From positions 19,421-83,420 of the forward strand of contig VGTH01000022.1 in NCBI GenBank assembly GCA_016874755.1: a stretch of DNA of 64,000 bases, given 5' to 3'. A program made the position numbers and the translations under genes. Source of the DNA: Deltaproteobacteria bacterium. GTDB lineage: Bacteria > Desulfobacterota > Binatia > UBA9968. Below are positions 19,651 to 29,405 of this stretch, in pieces. Below the pieces are notes generated by a model, which searched no databases, was not told where the DNA came from, and saw only the letters and a list, made by a program, of their open reading frames with translations. The first letter of the stretch is position 1; each line of letters begins with the position of its first letter.

Positions 19651-20865
19651 TTAGCTAATGCCTTTGGCCTTGCGCACGCTTTCGATCAGCGAGGTGCGCA
19701 GTAGAAATTGCTTGTGTCGCTTGGGGTCTTCGGCAATCGCGCGCAGCTCATCAAAGCGCGCCTGGCGCGCGCTCGGGTCTTTTTCTTCCAACCGCTTTTT
19801 ATTGTTGATGGTCTGCTCCTGGACGAACTCGATATTGAGCGTGCGCCGGCGCCGCTCGTAGCGATCCAGTAGCGATCGATCGGCGCCGTTGCGCTCGACT
19901 TCGATCAACGTCTCGACCAGCTCCATAGCGTCGTGAATGCCGCCGTTCAAACCCAGGCCGCCTACCGTATTGTTCACGTGGGCCGAGTCGCCGGCGAGAA
20001 AGGCTCGCCCTTTGCGAAATTTCACCGCTACGCGTTGATGAACTTTATAGAGGTTCTTGTGCATCAAGCGATAGCCCTTGGGCAACGGGCAAATGCGTTC
20101 CAAGCGGCGATAGGCGGATTCGTCGCTGAGCGCTTCGGCGTCAGTTTCTTCAGGCCGCGTCGGACACACCGCGCGCCAGCGGCCTTTGCCGTCATCGCCC
20201 GCTACTTTGAATAAGTTCGTCCACTCGTCGGGATCGGCCATGTAGTTGCGGTAGCACGATCCGGTTAGGATCTGCTGAAAATCGTCGCGTACGGTCAAAA
20301 CCAGAAATTGCTCGGGCCAGGTGTAACCTTCGAACTCGATATCGAGTGCCTTGCGCACGACGCTGCGGCCACCATCGGCGCCGATTAAATAGTCGCCTTC
20401 GATGGACTCAGTGCCGTGGGGTCCGTTGACGGTGGCCGTCACTCGGGCATCGGTTTGCGACAAGTCGGTCAGTTGCGTGTTCATGCGAATTTGCACGTGG
20501 CCATATTGGGTTAATTTCTTTAGTCCCATGTTACATAGCTTGTGCTGCTCGGTCTGCACAACGAAGGGAAACTCGGTCTCGCCACGCAACAGCTCGTGAT
20601 CGAATTCGGTAATCTTAGTTCGCTTCGCTTTGTCCCAGAACTGAAAGTAGCGCGCCACCAAGCCTTCGGCGATGAACTGATCGATCAAGCCGACCCGCGC
20701 GATCATGGCCAGCGTCGAAGGATGGGTGGTCGCCGCCCTTGGGTTGTCATCGATCTTCGCTTCAGCTTCGAGCAGCGTCACGGAAAAATCGTTTTGCGCG
20801 CACGCCAGCGCGGCCACGACGCCAACCGGCCCGGCACCGGCAATAATGATATGAGGAGATTTCAT
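19651..20865 (-). CDS. FAD-dependent monooxygenase (PF01494 aromatic-ring-hydroxylase family)
   Basis: N-terminal IIIAGAGPVGVVAALACA dinucleotide-binding motif. The DG and GD FAD motifs (GADGGRSVVR; FLAGDSAHV) are present. Confidence 0.75.
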   Translation of the reverse strand: MKSPHIIIAGAGPVGVVAALACAQNDFSVTLLEAEAKIDDNPRAATTHPSTLAMIARVGLIDQFIAEGLVARYFQFWDKAKRTKITEFDHELLRGETEFPFVVQTEQHKLCNMGLKKLTQYGHVQIRMNTQLTDLSQTDARVTATVNGPHGTESIEGDYLIGADGGRSVVRKALDIEFEGYTWPEQFLVLTVRDDFQQILTGSCYRNYMADPDEWTNLFKVAGDDGKGRWRAVCPTRPEETDAEALSDESAYRRLERICPLPKGYRLMHKNLYKVHQRVAVKFRKGRAFLAGDSAHVNNTVGGLGLNGGIHDAMELVETLIEVERNGADRSLLDRYERRRRTLNIEFVQEQTINNKKRLEEKDPSARQARFDELRAIAEDPKRHKQFLLRTSLIESVRKAKGIS

Positions 20866-21412
20866 TTCAATCGGCCTTCTATTTCTCTGCAGTGGTAGTG
20901 GCATTGGCCTCGACAATGCTCGTGTCAAATAGCATGCCGCCCGACGGGTAGAGCTACTCCATCAAGTATTGGCCCGACAACTCCGTTAACAGCGGACCCG
21001 CCTTCGTTGACGGCCAAAGTTTTCACGACAATCAACGTCGGCGCCAGCGAGAACGAACAACATGTCGCAAAGCGGACATGGGAACCATTTCGGACTTTTT
21101 CATGAACAATTTCAACTGCGAAACGGTTCTTTCTGACCTCGTCGATGAACTCTAGATGGGTTTTTCAGCAGAGTCTAATATTCTGTTACGACGTCGTCGG
21201 ATCCGGCAGCACCGTGCCGCACTTCTTGCACGTGCGCAGCTCTTGGTTGGCGTTAAACGCCGCGGCAACTTTTACCATCCCCGCCGACAAGCTTAGGCAG
21301 GATGGAAACAGACGGTTCGGTGAATTCAGGGCTAAAATTGTGTTGAGAGAAAACCCGATGAATGAATGAGATCCCTGGTGATTTCGTGCCTGGGACATTA
21401 CGCGACTTCGGC

Positions 21413-21835
21413 TTATCGGTGACCGAGTGCGAACACCCGCAAATACGCCCGCAGCTCGTCGCGCACGCGGCGAAACAGCGCTAACCGTTTTTGCTCGGTT
21501 CCGTCAAGCGCTGCCGGATCGGTGAAATCATGATGCAGCTTCTGCGCTTTGCCCAAAAACACTGGGCAGGATTCGCGCGCGTTGTCGCAAACCGTGATGA
21601 CGTAGTCGAAGGTTTGGCCATGAAACACATCGACATGTTTCGAGCGATGCGCCGAGATGTCGATATTGAGCTCGGCCATGACTGCGATCGCTTCCGGTCG
21701 CACGACGCTCGGCCGGGTGCCGGCGCTGGCTACTGCGAAACGCTCGCCGGCATCGTGGCGCAATAATCCCTCGGCCATTTGGCTGCGCGCCGAATTGCCG
21801 GTGCAAAGTATCAGGACACGTTTTTTGACGCTCAT
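21413..21835 (-). CDS. arsC: Arsenate reductase, LMW-PTP (thioredoxin-coupled) type
   Basis: CTGNSARS P-loop with downstream Cys (VCDNARESCP) and Asp, as in LMW-PTP ArsC. ATG at 21835. Confidence 0.8.
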   Translation of the reverse strand: MSVKKRVLILCTGNSARSQMAEGLLRHDAGERFAVASAGTRPSVVRPEAIAVMAELNIDISAHRSKHVDVFHGQTFDYVITVCDNARESCPVFLGKAQKLHHDFTDPAALDGTEQKRLALFRRVRDELRAYLRVFALGHR

Positions 21836-22118
21836 GGTTTGGCGATGGGCTGAGAAATAGGTGATACAGCGGCGGCAACTTCCTTCGGACACGCGGGCAC
21901 CAGCCAGCGCAACACAAACGTCGCCGCCGCTGCGCCGAGGAGCTGCATCACGACAAAGCCAGCTGCATCGGCGCGCCGCATGCCTGCGAACGTATCGCTG
22001 GCAAAGCTTTCACGCAACAATTATGCTTTCTTGCCGATGCCGTGATTGCCAAGACGGCGGTGCATTTAATAGATTCGTAACGTCCTTGTAACACAACGAT
22101 GATTAATTTTTTGGCACT

Positions 22119-24218
22119 ATGGATTCTTTAACCGACCCCGTTGCGGGCGAGAGCCTTTTCATCAACCGCGAGCTTTCGTGGTTGGAGTTCAATCGCCGGG
22201 TGCTCGAAGAGGCCAAAGACGACTCGGTGCCGCTGCTCGAGCGCATCAAGTTTCTCGCGATTTTTAGCTCCAACCTCGATGAGTTCTTCATGGTTCGCGT
22301 CGCTCGGCTGATGAGACGGGTCCACGACGGCGATCGGCGCCCCGGGCCCGACGGCCTCACCCCCGCCGAGACCCTCACGGCGATGGCGAAGTTGGCGCAC
22401 GAGTTGGTCGATGAGCAGCACCAGTGTTTTCTCGACACGATCTTGCCGCGGCTCACCTATGAAGGCATTTATCTTTGCCGTCCCAAAGAAATGACCGCCG
22501 AACAGGGGCGTTTTCTCGAGGATTATTTTCTCGGCACGCTCTACCCGATTGTCACGCCGTTGGCGATCGACCCGGGCCATCCGTTCCCTTACCTGGCCAA
22601 TCGCTCGCTCTGTCTGGTGGTCTCGCTGCGCGCGGCGATCGCCTCGCGCCTACCCCACACCGATTTGTCCATCGTCCATATTCCCACCCACGTCGCGCCG
22701 CGCTTTATTGCGCTGCCAACCGTTGAGGGCCAACACGCCTTCGTTTTGTTGGAGGATGTGCTGCGCCATTATTTGCCGCGGCTCTATCAGGGCTTTGAAA
22801 TACTTTCCTGCCACGCGATCCGCGTCACCCGCGACGCCGATTTCGGCCTGACGCGCCGGCGCGACGAAGATTTGATGATGCTCATCGAAAAGGGCATTCG
22901 CAAGCGGCGCATGGGCGATGCGGTGCGCTTGCAATACGATCGCGACATGCCGATGGCCATCGTCAACCAGCTGGTCGACGAGTTGGACCTCAGCCCGGCA
23001 AGCCTCTACCCCGGCGAAGGGTTCACCGCGTTCACCGACCTGCTCCAGCTCTACAACGCGCTCAACATTCCGCGTCTGCGCGACCGGCCGCAGCCGCCGC
23101 TGCCAGTGCCGTCCTTCGAACACGCCGCCGATCTATGGAGCGCGATTCGAGCGCGCGACGTGCTGGTGTTTCACCCCTATCAGTCGTTCGACACCGTGAC
23201 CCGCTTTGTCGACGAGGCGGCCAGCGATCCCAAGGTCCTGGCGATCAAGATGACGCTTTATCGCGTCAGTCCGACTTCGCCGATTGCGCCGGCGCTGCGG
23301 CGCGCCGCCGAGGCGGGCAAAGAAGTTTCGGTGTTGGTGGAATTGCAAGCGCGCTTCGATGAGGAAGCCAACATTACCTGGGCACGCGCCCTGGAAGACG
23401 TCGGCGCCCACGTGGTTTATGGCATGGTCGGCTACAAGACTCACTGCAAGATCTGTCTCGTGGTGCGCCAGGAAGCCGACGGCATACGGCGCTACTGTCA
23501 TCTCGCCACCGGCAACTACAACGTGCGCACCGCCGGAGTGTACAGCGATCTCGGCCTGTTCACTTGCCGTGAGAGCTTCGCCCAGGATCTTACCGAGCTG
23601 TTTAACTTACTGACCGGCTACACCCGGCCGCAAAAATTCAACCACATCTTGCTTGCACCGCTGGGCCTGCGCGAGCATTTCATCAATTGCATTCGCGGCG
23701 AAGCCGACCATGCGCGCGCCGGCCGGCCGGCGCGCATCATCGCCAAGGTGAACAGCCTGATCGACCCGGCGATTATCGACGAGCTCTACCGCGCCAGCCA
23801 GGCGGGCGTGCAGATCGACCTGATCGTGCGCGGCATGTGCAGCCTGCGCCCGCGGCTGGTGGGAGTGTCGGAGCATATCGAAGTCGTCTCGATCATCGAC
23901 CGCTATCTCGAGCACGCCCGGGTTTTCTATTTTCACGACGACAACGATCCGAAGTATTGGCTCGCCTCAGCAGACTGGATGGAGCGTAATTTCGATCGCC
24001 GTTTGGAGATCGCCTTTCCCGTGCTCGACCTGCAGCATCAGGCAAGGTTAAAAGAGATTCTCGAAGTGCAGCTGAGCGATTGCCTCAAGAGCTGGCGTCT
24101 GCAGCCCGACGGTACGTGGCGCCGCTCGCCGCCCTGCGGCACGAGGCTGGTTCGTTCTCAGGAAAAACTTTACGAGCTCACCCGCAGCGCCGCCAACGGC
24201 TCGGTCACGCCGTCTTGA
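22119..24218 (+). CDS. ppk: Polyphosphate kinase 1
   Basis: N-terminal FINRELSWLEFNRRVLEEA...FLAIFSSNLDEFFMVRVA and two PLD-like C-terminal domains. 699 aa. Confidence 0.95.
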   Translation: MDSLTDPVAGESLFINRELSWLEFNRRVLEEAKDDSVPLLERIKFLAIFSSNLDEFFMVRVARLMRRVHDGDRRPGPDGLTPAETLTAMAKLAHELVDEQHQCFLDTILPRLTYEGIYLCRPKEMTAEQGRFLEDYFLGTLYPIVTPLAIDPGHPFPYLANRSLCLVVSLRAAIASRLPHTDLSIVHIPTHVAPRFIALPTVEGQHAFVLLEDVLRHYLPRLYQGFEILSCHAIRVTRDADFGLTRRRDEDLMMLIEKGIRKRRMGDAVRLQYDRDMPMAIVNQLVDELDLSPASLYPGEGFTAFTDLLQLYNALNIPRLRDRPQPPLPVPSFEHAADLWSAIRARDVLVFHPYQSFDTVTRFVDEAASDPKVLAIKMTLYRVSPTSPIAPALRRAAEAGKEVSVLVELQARFDEEANITWARALEDVGAHVVYGMVGYKTHCKICLVVRQEADGIRRYCHLATGNYNVRTAGVYSDLGLFTCRESFAQDLTELFNLLTGYTRPQKFNHILLAPLGLREHFINCIRGEADHARAGRPARIIAKVNSLIDPAIIDELYRASQAGVQIDLIVRGMCSLRPRLVGVSEHIEVVSIIDRYLEHARVFYFHDDNDPKYWLASADWMERNFDRRLEIAFPVLDLQHQARLKEILEVQLSDCLKSWRLQPDGTWRRSPPCGTRLVRSQEKLYELTRSAANGSVTPS

Positions 24219-24260
24219 GCAAATAGTTCCCACCCGGGGTTGGTATAGGTAAAAAGCTTT

Positions 24261-25805
24261 ATGCTCGAACATTTCGCCGTCATCGACGTGGGCAGCAACG
24301 CGCTGCGCTTTCAGTTAGCGAGTGTGCCGCAGCCCAAGCGCTATCGGGTTCTCGAACAAGACCGATTGCCCGTGCGCCTGGGCTACCAGGTCTTTCAAAC
24401 CGGCCAGCTCGACAGCCGCGCGGCGGAGCAAGCGCTCACGGCCCTCGCGAAATTCAAAGCCACCGCAGACCGTTACCGAGTCAAAGCGCTGCGTGCCGTC
24501 GGCACCAGCGCGTTGCGCGAAGCCAGCGACGCCAAAGCTTTTACCGACCGGGTGAGAAAACTCGGCGTCCACCTTGAAGTGATCTCGGAAGCCGAAGAGG
24601 CGCGGCTGATCTCGCTCGGCATCATGAGCGGCTTACAGTTTCATTTGCCGCTCGGACTATTTGTCGACATCGGCGGCGGCAGCGTTGAGATGGCGGTGGC
24701 CAACGCCAGCAGCAATTATTGTTTGTTCAGCTTGCCGCTCGGCGCCGTGCGCATAACCGAGCGTTTTTTGCAGGAAGATCCGCCGCGGCGCAAAGGCATC
24801 AAACATCTGCGCTACCACGTCGAAGAGACGCTGCAGGACGTCGTCAAGCGCATCCGCAAAGAAAAGTTCACGATGGCCTTCGGCAGCGGCGGCACTTTGA
24901 CCACCTTGGCCGAGACCGACGCGCGCCTGGCCGGCGACAGCAAGATCGGCTCGCTGGCGGTGCTGCGCCGGCCGCGCTTAAAGACCTTGATCGAAATCTT
25001 AATGCAGCAGCCGGCCGCCGAGCGCGCCAGGTTAATCAGCGGCGATCCGAAGCGCGCCGACATCATCGTCGCCGGCGCTTTAGTCCTGCATGAGATCATG
25101 GTTCAGGCGGAGCTCGATTATCTCTTCGTCTCCAAGCGCGGCCTGCGCGACGGCGTCATGGTCGATCTGCTGCGCAAGAAATACGGCGAGAGCGCGCCCT
25201 GGCAGCAGGAAAGCGAGCGCGCTCAATCGGTGGAGCAGGTGTTTCAGAAATACGACGGCGGCGCCGTCCACTCGGCCCACGTCAGCCAACTCGCGCTCAG
25301 TCTATTTTATCAGCTGCAGCCGCTCCATAAGCTCGGCGAAAAAGATGCCGGCATCCTTCACGCCGCCGCGATGCTGCATGACATCGGCCACTTCATCACC
25401 CAGAAAAAGCATCACAAGCACTCTTACTATCTGATCAAAAGCTCCGGCCTCGAATCCTTCAACAAGCTGGAGCTCGAGCTGGTGGCCAACATCGCCCGCT
25501 ATCATCGCAAAGCCCACCCGAGCCCCAAGCACTTGGGCTTTAGCCAGCTATCGCCGGACAACCAGGACGTGGTGCGCAAATTGAGCGCAGTCCTGCGCGT
25601 CGCCGACGCGCTCGACTTCAAGCGCGCCCAAGCGGTGAAGTCGGTGGCCTGCGCCTACCACGGCGGCAAAGTGATCGACATCGCCTGCAGCGCCGCGGAA
25701 AATGTCAGCGATGAAATTCATTGGGCTTTGCAGAAAGGCAAGCTGATCGAAGAAGTTTTCGACGTCAAGCTATCGTTGAACCGCGCCAAACCACGCAGTT
25801 TGTAA
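24261..25805 (+). CDS. ppx: Exopolyphosphatase / guanosine pentaphosphate phosphohydrolase (Ppx/GppA) with C-terminal HD domain
   Basis: N-terminus AVIDVGSNALRF, an actin-like ATPase fold, and HD-domain motifs (HDIGHFI). Confidence 0.9.
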   Translation: MLEHFAVIDVGSNALRFQLASVPQPKRYRVLEQDRLPVRLGYQVFQTGQLDSRAAEQALTALAKFKATADRYRVKALRAVGTSALREASDAKAFTDRVRKLGVHLEVISEAEEARLISLGIMSGLQFHLPLGLFVDIGGGSVEMAVANASSNYCLFSLPLGAVRITERFLQEDPPRRKGIKHLRYHVEETLQDVVKRIRKEKFTMAFGSGGTLTTLAETDARLAGDSKIGSLAVLRRPRLKTLIEILMQQPAAERARLISGDPKRADIIVAGALVLHEIMVQAELDYLFVSKRGLRDGVMVDLLRKKYGESAPWQQESERAQSVEQVFQKYDGGAVHSAHVSQLALSLFYQLQPLHKLGEKDAGILHAAAMLHDIGHFITQKKHHKHSYYLIKSSGLESFNKLELELVANIARYHRKAHPSPKHLGFSQLSPDNQDVVRKLSAVLRVADALDFKRAQAVKSVACAYHGGKVIDIACSAAENVSDEIHWALQKGKLIEEVFDVKLSLNRAKPRSL

Positions 25806-25878
25806 GCAACGCTAACGGAGGGGCTCACCGTTCATGGACTATTGGCGCAACGTCAGCTGAGAGTTACGCTATTGGCAG

Positions 25879-26397
25879 ATGAACTTGTTTTTTCTGCGCC
25901 ACGGCAGCGCCATCGAGCACGGCGATCCGCGCGTCGAGAGCGACACGGAGCGCTTCCTCACGCCCAAAGGGATCAAGCGCCTGCGCCAAGCGGCGCGCGG
26001 CATGCGCGCGCTCGGTCTGTCCTTCGACGCCATTCTGACGAGCCCGGCCGTGCGCGCGCGCCAGACCGCACAGATCGTCGCGGTCGCGCTCAAGATCGCG
26101 GCCGAGCCACGGGAAATGATGGACTTGGCACCGGAGAGCACGGTGGAGCATCTGATCTTTGGTTTGAGCCGGCTGCCGGCGCAAGACAATTTGCTGCTCG
26201 TCGGCCATGAACCGCTGTTGACGCAAGCCTGTTCATTCTTATTGGCGCTTGAAAGAGATCAGAGCCTGAACCTCACGCTCAAAAAGGCGGGCCTATGCCA
26301 CCTCGAAGTCGATCACCTTCCGCCCTCCGAACCGGCAACGCTGCATTTTTGGCTGACGCCAAAACAGCTGCGCCAACTGGGCGAGACAAAAAAGTAA
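25879..26397 (+). CDS. sixA: Phosphohistidine phosphatase SixA (histidine-phosphatase superfamily)
   Basis: LRHGSA...RFLTPKG, the RHG catalytic motif. 172 aa. Confidence 0.7.
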   Translation: MNLFFLRHGSAIEHGDPRVESDTERFLTPKGIKRLRQAARGMRALGLSFDAILTSPAVRARQTAQIVAVALKIAAEPREMMDLAPESTVEHLIFGLSRLPAQDNLLLVGHEPLLTQACSFLLALERDQSLNLTLKKAGLCHLEVDHLPPSEPATLHFWLTPKQLRQLGETKK

Positions 26398-27299
26398 CCC
26401 GGCGCAAGCCCGACACAAAGCCAGCGCGCGCAGAGACCGACGCCCTCGGCAAGTTGGCGCACAAGCGGCTCGGCGATTTCGCCGCCCTGTTCGCTCAAGC
26501 GATGATTGCCGACGATCCGAAAACTGTCCACGACCTGCGCGTTGCCAGCCGGCGCCTGCAGCAACTGTTGCGCGCTCTGCACTCTGTCAAGAACAAGAAA
26601 CCGGCGAAAAAGGCCGGCGATTTTTTGCGCGCGCTGCGCCAGGCCCTTGGGCCGCTGCGCAACCTGGACGTGATGGCAGAAATGGCGGCAGCCCGCGCCC
26701 AAGCTGGCCACAGCGCGGCGACCCGCGGCACTTGGCTGGGAATTGCGTCGGCCATTGAGAAAGAGCGCGCCGAGGAAAACGCGCGCGCCCGCGAAGCGAT
26801 GAAGGATTTCGATTTGACCGGCTTTCTCGACCGCATGACGCGCACGCTGCACAGTCGGTCGGCCCAGGACTCGGATGCGAAAGACTTGCAAGAGACTACC
26901 GAGCGCCGTTTCCAGTCATGGAGCGATGCGTTGAGCCAGGTCGTTACGGAGCCCACAGTGAAACGCCTGCACGCCTTGCGCATCGCCGGCAAGCGGCTGC
27001 GCTACTCCATCGAGCTGCGCGCCGCAGTGAGCGACGGCACGTTAAAACCGCTGGCGCAATCGCTGGCCAAGCTGCAGGACAACCTCGGCGCCTGGCACGA
27101 CGTGCACACGCTGATGCAGTACGTCGACGCCTATCTCAATCAGAAAGAACTCCGCGCCGAACGTGCCGGCGAAAGCCGCGCACTCCTTTCTGAGGTGGAG
27201 CGCGAGCAAAAACGCGGTCAAACCCAGGCCGACGAAGCGATCGCCGCAGCCCAGTCGCTGCGCAACAGTTGGCCGATCAAGTCCGACCCTGCTGCGTAG
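26349..27299 (+). CDS. CHAD-domain protein (polyphosphate-granule-associated); start codon uncertain
   Basis: HDLRVASRRLQQLLRAL and a second H..R.A.KRLRY repeat are characteristic of CHAD. The ORF overlaps the sixA 3' end, and the true start is probably a TTG at 26349 or downstream. Confidence 0.65.
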   Translation: MADAKTAAPTGRDKKVTRRKPDTKPARAETDALGKLAHKRLGDFAALFAQAMIADDPKTVHDLRVASRRLQQLLRALHSVKNKKPAKKAGDFLRALRQALGPLRNLDVMAEMAAARAQAGHSAATRGTWLGIASAIEKERAEENARAREAMKDFDLTGFLDRMTRTLHSRSAQDSDAKDLQETTERRFQSWSDALSQVVTEPTVKRLHALRIAGKRLRYSIELRAAVSDGTLKPLAQSLAKLQDNLGAWHDVHTLMQYVDAYLNQKELRAERAGESRALLSEVEREQKRGQTQADEAIAAAQSLRNSWPIKSDPAA

Positions 27300-27644
27300 G
27301 ATGGGTTGAGGGTAGCGATACCCATCGTCTCAACACTGTGGGTATCGGCGAAACGCCTCAATCCACCCTACGCTCAATCAAAAGCCTCCGCGGGTCTCCC
27401 CCGCAAGCTCTTCATTATATTGATCCAGAACAAATTTATCCGGCAGTTCACCGAAGCTTCACGCGCCGTTAACAAATCTTCTTTGCCTTCGCGTCGAAAA
27501 AGTAAAACTGACTTTCACAAAGCAGCCCTTCAAGGAGGTGAAGAACAGCTTCAAGTAGAGATCGGTAGTTCATCAACGATTCATGTGGGCGAAACACAGT
27601 TGTAACAAAGCAAACCTATTTTTTGACAAGGAGGAAATAACCAG

Positions 27645-28631
27645 ATGAAGAATACAATTTTAGCGTTTGGGTTGGCCGCCGGCTTAGGGTTCAGCTCCTA
27701 CGCGCGGGCGCAGATTGTTCAAGTCGACGGATCGAGCACGGTGTCTCCGGTCACGGAAGCGGTGGCGGAAGAATTTCAGAAAGCCAAGAAGGGCAAGGTG
27801 AAAGTCACCGTCGGCATCGCCGGCACCGGCGGCGGCTTCAAAAAATTCTGCCGCGGCGAAACCGACGTCAGCAACGCTTCGCGGCCGATCTTGAAACAGG
27901 AAATCGCAGCCTGCAAAGGCAGCGGCGTTGAGTTCATCGAGCTGCCGGTGGCCTATGACGCGCTTACTATTATCGTCAACCCGAAAAACGACTGGGTTAA
28001 ATCACTGACAGTGGCTGACCTCAAGAAGATGTGGGAACCGGGCGCTCAAGGGAAAGTGACCAACTGGAATCAGGTCCGTTCTGAATGGCCGAATGCGCCG
28101 CTCAAGCTTTTCGGTCCTGGCGCCGATTCCGGCACCTTTGACTATTTCACCGAAGCGATCGTCGGCAAGGCCAAATCGAGCCGCGGCGACTTCACCGCCA
28201 GCGAAGACGACAACGTGCTGGTGCAAGGCGTCGCCAACGACCGCAATGCGCTCGGCTACTTTGGTTTCGCCTACTACGTCGAAAACCAAAAGAAACTCAA
28301 AGGCGTTGCCATCGACGGCGGCAAGGGGCCCGTAGCGCCTTCCGCAAAAGCGGTCGAGGACGGCAGCTACCAGCCGCTCTCCCGACCCATCTTCATCTAC
28401 GTCAGCAAAAAGGCCATGGACAGCAAACCGGAAGTGAGGGAGTTCGTTGAGTTCTCCCTCAAAGAAGCCCCCAAGCTCGTGCCGCAGGTCAAGTATGTTG
28501 CCCTTCCGGCTAAAGCCTACAGCATCGGCATGGACCATCTGAAAAAGAATAAGACCGGCACCGTGTTTGACGGCACCGCCGAGATCGGCGTCAAGATCGA
28601 AGATCTCCTGAAGCGCGAAGCCAGACTCTAA
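27645..28631 (+). CDS. pstS: Phosphate ABC transporter substrate-binding protein PstS
   Basis: Signal peptide, then DGSSTVSPV...AGTGGG PstS family motifs. RBS aaggagg. Confidence 0.85.
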   Translation: MKNTILAFGLAAGLGFSSYARAQIVQVDGSSTVSPVTEAVAEEFQKAKKGKVKVTVGIAGTGGGFKKFCRGETDVSNASRPILKQEIAACKGSGVEFIELPVAYDALTIIVNPKNDWVKSLTVADLKKMWEPGAQGKVTNWNQVRSEWPNAPLKLFGPGADSGTFDYFTEAIVGKAKSSRGDFTASEDDNVLVQGVANDRNALGYFGFAYYVENQKKLKGVAIDGGKGPVAPSAKAVEDGSYQPLSRPIFIYVSKKAMDSKPEVREFVEFSLKEAPKLVPQVKYVALPAKAYSIGMDHLKKNKTGTVFDGTAEIGVKIEDLLKREARL

Positions 28632-28696
28632 CCGTCAGGGCGCGCCGCGAGGCAGGGGCCGAGCCGGCTCCTGCTTCTATTATTTATTGAGTCAAA

Positions 28697-28854
28697 ACTT
28701 ACAGGACGTTCGTGCCACCCTTCAAACGATCAGCCGGGCGATCAAGATCAGCTCGATTTCGAAGTACATCGAGCGCATCGCCGACCACGCGACCAACATC
28801 GCCGAGCTGGTGGTCTTTATGGTCAAGGGCAACGAGCGGCCCGCCTACCAGTAA
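28697..28854 (+). pseudogene. phoU: 3'-terminal fragment of phoU (phosphate-transport regulator), remnant
   Basis: Encodes ...ISKYIERIADHATNIAELVVFMVKGNERPAYQ*, a typical PhoU C-terminus. No N-terminal two-thirds and no start codon. Confidence 0.5.
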
Positions 28855-29181
28855 GGTGAGCTGAAAATCGATTATACCACCTACGAAGTTTCAGTCGCCG
28901 GCAGGCCGGTCAAACTGACCCTAAAAGAGTTCGAACTGCTGCGTTTCCTCGTCCAGAATCCCAACCGGGTGTTGAACCGCGATCAACTATTGGATCGCGT
29001 TTGGGGCGGCGACACGTTCGTCACGCCGCGCACAGTCGACGTGCATATTAGGCGTCTGCGCAAAGCCATTGAACAAGACGACAGTAATCCAAAATGGATT
29101 TCGACGCTGCGCGGCGTGGGCTACAAGTTCGATGAGAGGACGCTGGAGGAGCCGCTTCGCGACGAATCCCACCACCGGTAG
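28855..29181 (+). pseudogene. phoB: 3' fragment of phoB-type response regulator (winged-helix DNA-binding domain only), remnant
   Basis: ELKIDYTTYEVSVAGRPVKLTLKEFELLRFLVQNPNRVLNRDQLLDRVWGGDTFVTPRTVDVHIRRLRKA...GYKF is the OmpR/PhoB trans_reg_C domain. No receiver domain. In frame directly after the phoU fragment stop. Confidence 0.55.
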
Positions 29182-29405
29182 TAATGCCATTCAAGGAGCT
29201 TTCTAGGAATTATTTTGATTTGTGAGAGCCTACCGAACATCTACTACAATTTTTACCGCCAATAACGATTTTCCCTCTTGAAAGTTAGTGCAAGAGTCGA
29301 TAAGACTTTCTCCACTTTGGGCCCGGTTTCGCTTTAGGGTGCAAAGAATACAACGGGAGAACATCTAGCCATGGCATCCCCCCCGCAACGGATCCGATTC
29401 TAACG

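Noticed and set aside
21186-21398. 70-aa ORF with a C-terminal CKKCG motif downstream of arsC
   Set aside because: It has a single CxxC only, no RBS and no family resemblance. It is probably a spurious ORF in an intergenic region.
27306-27605. 99-aa ORF between CHAD and pstS
   Set aside because: AT-rich with an odd composition, sitting in the promoter region of pstS, and with no RBS. It is more likely non-coding regulatory DNA.
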